Origin: Armatimonadota bacterium
GTDB lineage: Bacteria; Sysuimicrobiota; Sysuimicrobiia; Sysuimicrobiales; Humicultoraceae
Direction: 5' to 3'
Assembly (NCBI GenBank): GCA_052386995.1
Contig: JBQTJP010000054.1
Span: forward strand, 1-10,816
DNA length: 10,816 bases
The notes beneath the pieces were generated by a model that was not told the origin of the DNA, did not search any database, and worked only from the letters and a program-made list of their open reading frames with translations. Below, one piece after another: positions 7,723-10,816 of the stretch. The position numbers and the translations under genes are program-made. Numbering within the stretch: position 1 is the stretch's first letter; every line of letters begins with the position of its first letter.

Positions 7723-8919
7723 TCAGCGCGCGGCGCGATCCTGCGGCGCCATGTGCTGGCTCATGAGGAATTCCTGGCAGGCCGCCACGCCGCCGCCCAG
7801 CCGAAGACGCACACCGTTCATGCCCAGGGCCATCTCCACGCCGGCGACGGTGGCGATGACCTCGAGCTCGTTGAGCGATCCGAGATGGCCGATGCGAAAC
7901 GCCCGGCCCTTCAGGCGCCCCAGGCCCACGCCGAGAGACAGGTTGAGGCGCTGGACAGCGGAGCGCACGACCGCGTCGGCATCGATCCCCTCGGGGGGAT
8001 AGACCGCGGTCAGGCTGTGCGAGTACTCGGCCGGATCTTCGCAGACGATGGACAGTCCCCACGCGCGCACCGCGCGCCGCACGCTCTCGGCGAGCCGCTG
8101 GTGACGGGCAAACACGTTGGGCAGGCCCTCCTCGTCCAACATGCGCAACGCTTCGCGCAGCCCGTAGAGCAGCAGTGTGGCCGGCGTGTACGGTGTATAG
8201 CCACGACGGTGTTCGTCGAGCACGGGCTTCCAATCCAGGAAGTAGCGCGGGCTCGTCGCACGGGCGCTCGCGGCGAGCGCTCGCGGTCCGACACAGACGA
8301 TGGCCATGCCGGGTGGAAGCATCAGGCCCTTTTGCGAGCCGGTGACCGCGACGTCGACGCCCCATTCGTCAAAGCGAAAATCGATGCTGCCCAGCGCCGA
8401 CACCGCATCCACCAGCAGGAGCGCGGGATGCCCCACTTTGTCGATTGCCTCCCGAATGGCTTTGATGTTGGACGTGACGCCTGTGGAGGTCTCGTTGTGC
8501 ACGACCAGCAGCGCCGCGTATGCGTGATGCGTGTCGGCGGCCAAACGCTCGCGCACGAGTTCCGCGGGAACGCCGCGCGACCAGGGCAGGTCGACCTCAT
8601 CGACCGCGATCCCGAAGCGCCGGGCGCATTCGGCATACAGATGGCTGAACTGTCCGATGTTGAATGCCAGAACCCGGTCGCCTGGGCTCAAGGTATTGAC
8701 GATCGACGCCTCCCAGCCGGCCGTGCCCGACCCCGGATAGAGAACGATCTCTCCATGCGCCGTCTGGAAAACTTCCCGAAGCCCGTCGCGAACTTCACCG
8801 AGAACGTCAGGGAGGTCCGGACCGCGATGATCGGGCACCGGACGGTCCATGGCCCGCAGGACACGGTCGGGCACATTGGTGGGACCAGGAATTTGAAGGA
8901 AGTGACGGCCTGAGGTCAT
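7723..8919 (-). CDS. Class V PLP aminotransferase, serine-glyoxylate / alanine-glyoxylate aminotransferase type (SgaA-like), about 398 aa
   Basis: Likely start is ATG at 8919 (MTSGRHFLQIPGPTNVPDRVLRAM), with GGAG 6 nt upstream. Motifs 'GSGTAGWEA', 'VHNETSTGV', 'LLLVDAVSALG' (PLP Asp), 'VTGSQKGLMLPPG' (PLP Lys), 'PYTP', 'FRIGHLG'. Confidence 0.93.
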   Translation of the reverse strand: MTSGRHFLQIPGPTNVPDRVLRAMDRPVPDHRGPDLPDVLGEVRDGLREVFQTAHGEIVLYPGSGTAGWEASIVNTLSPGDRVLAFNIGQFSHLYAECARRFGIAVDEVDLPWSRGVPAELVRERLAADTHHAYAALLVVHNETSTGVTSNIKAIREAIDKVGHPALLLVDAVSALGSIDFRFDEWGVDVAVTGSQKGLMLPPGMAIVCVGPRALAASARATSPRYFLDWKPVLDEHRRGYTPYTPATLLLYGLREALRMLDEEGLPNVFARHQRLAESVRRAVRAWGLSIVCEDPAEYSHSLTAVYPPEGIDADAVVRSAVQRLNLSLGVGLGRLKGRAFRIGHLGSLNELEVIATVAGVEMALGMNGVRLRLGGGVAACQEFLMSQHMAPQDRAAR

Positions 8920-8944
8920 GTCCGACTCCACAAAGATATCACCT

Positions 8945-8973
8945 CTGTGAGTTCTCCGCTGTGAGTTCTCCGC
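8945..8973. repeat. Perfect tandem direct repeat, 2 x 14 bp (CTGTGAGTTCTCCG)
   Basis: Copies at 8945-8958 and 8959-8972, plus one extra matching C at 8973. Lies about 25-55 bp upstream of the aminotransferase start. Confidence 0.9.
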
Positions 8974-9044
8974 GCCCGTCCGTGATCCTTGGATGTACAT
9001 GAGCGCGGCTGCCGCAAGATGTTTGACATGGTGCTGCCGGGGGC

Positions 9045-9073
9045 TTGTGAATTCGTTTAGCCCATGTTATCTT
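9045..9073 (+). promoter_or_regulatory. Putative sigma70-type promoter for the cold-shock gene
   Basis: TTGTGA (9045-9050), 17-bp spacer, TATCTT (9068-9073) with an extended -10 TG at 9065-9066. Predicts a TSS near 9080 and a 5' UTR of about 64 nt. Confidence 0.55.
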
Positions 9074-9143
9074 CGTCGCGACAGGTACGGCGTGCGAACG
9101 GCGCTATCTGTGCACCAGTACGAAGAAGGGAAGTGTAGGTAAG

Positions 9144-9344
9144 ATGGCAACAGGCACAGTCAAGTGGTTCAGCGCGGAGAAGGGTTACGGCTTTATCTCC
9201 GTGGAAGGCGGCAAGGACGTCTTTGTGCACTACTCCGCGATCCAGGCGGATGGATTCCGCAGCCTGCAGGAAGGTCAGCAGGTTCAGTTCGAGATCGTTG
9301 AGGGGCGTAAGGGACCACAGGCGGCGAACGTCACCATTGTGTAA
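9144..9344 (+). CDS. csp: Cold-shock protein (CspA family)
   Basis: 66 aa: '[15 protein letters not shown]' (RNP1), 'DVFVHYSAI' (RNP2), '[15 protein letters not shown]...KGPQAANV'. Confidence 0.98.
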   Translation: MATGTVKWFSAEKGYGFISVEGGKDVFVHYSAIQADGFRSLQEGQQVQFEIVEGRKGPQAANVTIV

Positions 9345-9361
9345 GACGGAAGCCACGCGGC

Positions 9362-9400
9362 CGGCCCCGGAGTGAAATCCGGGGCCGCCGAGCCTTTGCT
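9362..9400 (+). terminator. GC-rich hairpin after csp; probable intrinsic terminator with a weak U-tract
   Basis: Perfect 10-bp stem CGGCCCCGGA (9362-9371) / TCCGGGGCCG (9378-9387) with loop GTGAAA, beginning 17 bp after the stop. Followed only by CCGAGCCTTTGCT. Confidence 0.65.
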
Positions 9401-9479
9401 GGGCGTTTGGCGCCGCCCGCTGCGGTCCGTGATCCGCTCCACTTCACGCGCCGGTACGGTTCCAAAGTGAGGGAGAGAG

Positions 9480-9752
9480 ATGCTGGAGCCGGCCGCTCTC
9501 GTTGATCTCGTCTACAAGGCGCTCTTCTTCCTGATCATCATCCGCGCCGTCCTGTCGTGGATTCCGGACCTCGGCACCCGGTTCCCCGCGTTGGTGACGG
9601 CTGTCAGCCAGATCACATCTCCGATCCTCGATCCCATCCGCAGGCTGATGCCGCCAATCGGCGGGCTCGACCTCTCGCCGCTCGTCGCAGTGCTCCTGCT
9701 CGCTCTCGCCCGGGATCTGCTGAAAACCGCCCTGTCGATGATGCTGCCGTGA
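9480..9752 (+). CDS. yggT: YggT family membrane protein
   Basis: 90 aa with the YggT pattern 'LIIIRAVLSWIP...ITSPILDPIRRLMPPIGGLDLSPLVAVLLL'. RBS-like GAGGGAG upstream. Confidence 0.92.
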   Translation: MLEPAALVDLVYKALFFLIIIRAVLSWIPDLGTRFPALVTAVSQITSPILDPIRRLMPPIGGLDLSPLVAVLLLALARDLLKTALSMMLP

Positions 9753-9795
9753 TCTCCAGATGCCGTCAGGTCGTGCCCGTCCGGGAGGGCCGTCG

Positions 9796-10038
9796 ATGGT
9801 CAAGGCATACGTATTGATTCGCATTCTGCCGGGCAAGCTGGCCGAGGCGCTGGGGCAGATTCAGAGGACGCCAGGCGTGAAAATGGCCCACGCCGTCACC
9901 GGTCCAACAGATATCATCGCGTATGTCGAGACCGAAAGCATGGACACGCTCGGCCGTTTGATCGTGTCGCGCTTTCAGGAAACCTCTGGGGTCACACGAA
10001 CGACGACCTGTGTGGTGACGCCGGTCAGCGGTCCGTAA
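9796..10038 (+). CDS. Stand-alone Lrp/AsnC ligand-binding (RAM) domain protein, about 80 aa, no HTH
   Basis: Start reassigned to ATG 9796, with GGGAGG at 9783-9788. 'MVKAYVLI...PGK...GVKMAHAVTGPTDIIAYVE...GVTRTTTCVV' matches the AsnC C-terminal fold pattern (VTGxxD, GVxxTxT). Confidence 0.88.
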   Translation: MVKAYVLIRILPGKLAEALGQIQRTPGVKMAHAVTGPTDIIAYVETESMDTLGRLIVSRFQETSGVTRTTTCVVTPVSGP

Positions 10039-10048
10039 GGCACCGGCG

Positions 10049-10816
10049 TTATCCGGCCCCGCGCGAGAAGGTACGCGAGTCCATCTGTCGCGGGAGCATC
10101 GCGATACACGCGAGGCTCACGAGTGCCAGCGCCTGGATCACGGACAGCGTGTTCGCCAGGCCGATGCGGTCTGCGATGGCTCCAATGAGCGTCAGCAGCA
10201 GGCCCGCTGCTCCCCACGCCATCCCGGTCACCATGCTACTGGCCAGGCTCGCGCGGCGGGGAAGTACCTCCTGGGCCATCGCGACGGTGACTGGAGCCGA
10301 CAGATAGAAGGCAATCCCGCCCAGCGCGAGCGGCAGCAGTCCCCACCCGCTCGAGGTCCGCGTAAAGATCAACAGCAGCGGCGCGCTCAGCAGCGCCGAG
10401 ACGGCCATCACGGCGCGGCGCCCGATCCGATCCGACACAGTGCCGCCCAGCAGACCCCCGATCGCCCCGACGCCGCCAAACAAGAACACGGCTGTCGCGC
10501 CGAGGATGAGGGACTGTCCGCGCTGGCGGAGCAGGAGTGGCAGGAACAGAATGAACGACATCTGTATCACGCTCCGCGCGACGACGAGCAACCACATGAG
10601 TCCCAGCAGCCTGCCGTGCTGCCGGAGATCGCTGCGTAAGCCGGCCGGCACCGTCGGGTGCGCCGTGCGCCAGGAACGCGCGAGCCACCACACGACGATG
10701 CAGGCCGCCAGGCCGGGCAGCCCCGCCACCACCGTGCCGGACAGTCCGAGTGTTCCAACGACCAGTGCGGCGTAAAGCGGCCCCAGCGCATAGCCCAGCT
10801 CTCCCCCTGCGACGAA
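10049..10816 (-). CDS. MFS transporter (Fsr/fosmidomycin-resistance-like), 5'-truncated by the window edge
   Basis: The frame is open to the window end (FVAGGELGYALGPLYAALVV...). Many TM helices, MFS motif A-like 'GGTVSDRIGRR', 'VAMAQEVLP...ASS...G', and 'GAIADRIGL'. Confidence 0.9.
   Translation of the reverse strand, partial: FVAGGELGYALGPLYAALVVGTLGLSGTVVAGLPGLAACIVVWWLARSWRTAHPTVPAGLRSDLRQHGRLLGLMWLLVVARSVIQMSFILFLPLLLRQRGQSLILGATAVFLFGGVGAIGGLLGGTVSDRIGRRAVMAVSALLSAPLLLIFTRTSSGWGLLPLALGGIAFYLSAPVTVAMAQEVLPRRASLASSMVTGMAWGAAGLLLTLIGAIADRIGLANTLSVIQALALVSLACIAMLPRQMDSRTFSRGAG

Noticed and set aside
825..8913. Long opposite-strand ORFs (825-1961, 2141-3289, 3862-5028, 4821-5939, 5979-7229, 7612-8913) and other alternative-frame ORFs
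   Set aside because: They lie over well-supported genes, have no recognisable motifs, and are the shadow ORFs expected in high-GC DNA.
8945..8973. CRISPR-like repeat
   Set aside because: Only two adjacent 14-bp copies with no spacer, and no cas genes in the window.
8920..9000. Glycine riboswitch upstream of the glyoxylate-type aminotransferase (GGAGA and ACTCACAG resemble aptamer motifs, in tandem)
   Set aside because: The conserved CCGAAG core and the multi-stem aptamer are absent, and the 14-nt unit is far too short. It is better described as a simple tandem repeat; an Rfam scan would settle it.
8920..9000. 27-aa N-terminal extension of the aminotransferase (ATG 9000)
   Set aside because: Family similarity begins at MTSGRHFLQIPGP, ATG 8919 has a well-spaced GGAG, and the extension crosses the tandem repeat.
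9023..9028. Perfect TTGACA -35 hexamer upstream of csp
   Set aside because: No convincing -10 at 16-18 bp spacing. The TTGTGA/TATCTT pair downstream fits better.

Overview
High-GC bacterial chromosomal window, almost entirely coding and mostly metabolic or housekeeping. Left to right: the 3' end of an enoyl-CoA hydratase/isomerase gene (+); a ~310-bp intergenic region; a complete TRAP transporter, dctP-dctQ-dctM (+); a convergent, tightly packed four-gene minus-strand unit (class V serine/alanine-glyoxylate-type aminotransferase, a 972-aa FAD/Fe-S oxidoreductase of YdiJ or GlcD-GlcF type, a VOC/glyoxalase-fold protein, and an atypical Fpg/Nei DNA glycosylase); a divergent cold-shock protein gene with a plausible promoter, structured leader and 3' hairpin; yggT; a stand-alone Lrp/AsnC ligand-binding domain; and the 3' part of an MFS transporter (-). 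I see no mobile element, CRISPR array, rRNA or tRNA. The best candidate for something under-described is the minus-strand operon that joins a putative 2-hydroxyacid/glyoxylate pathway and a VOC protein to a non-canonical glycosylase. That functional reading is a hypothesis. Smaller oddities are a perfect 14-bp tandem repeat in the operon's upstream region and a cryptic hydrophobic reading frame at about 360-554 that the ORF track does not list. All family calls come from motif recognition by eye; no searches were run.
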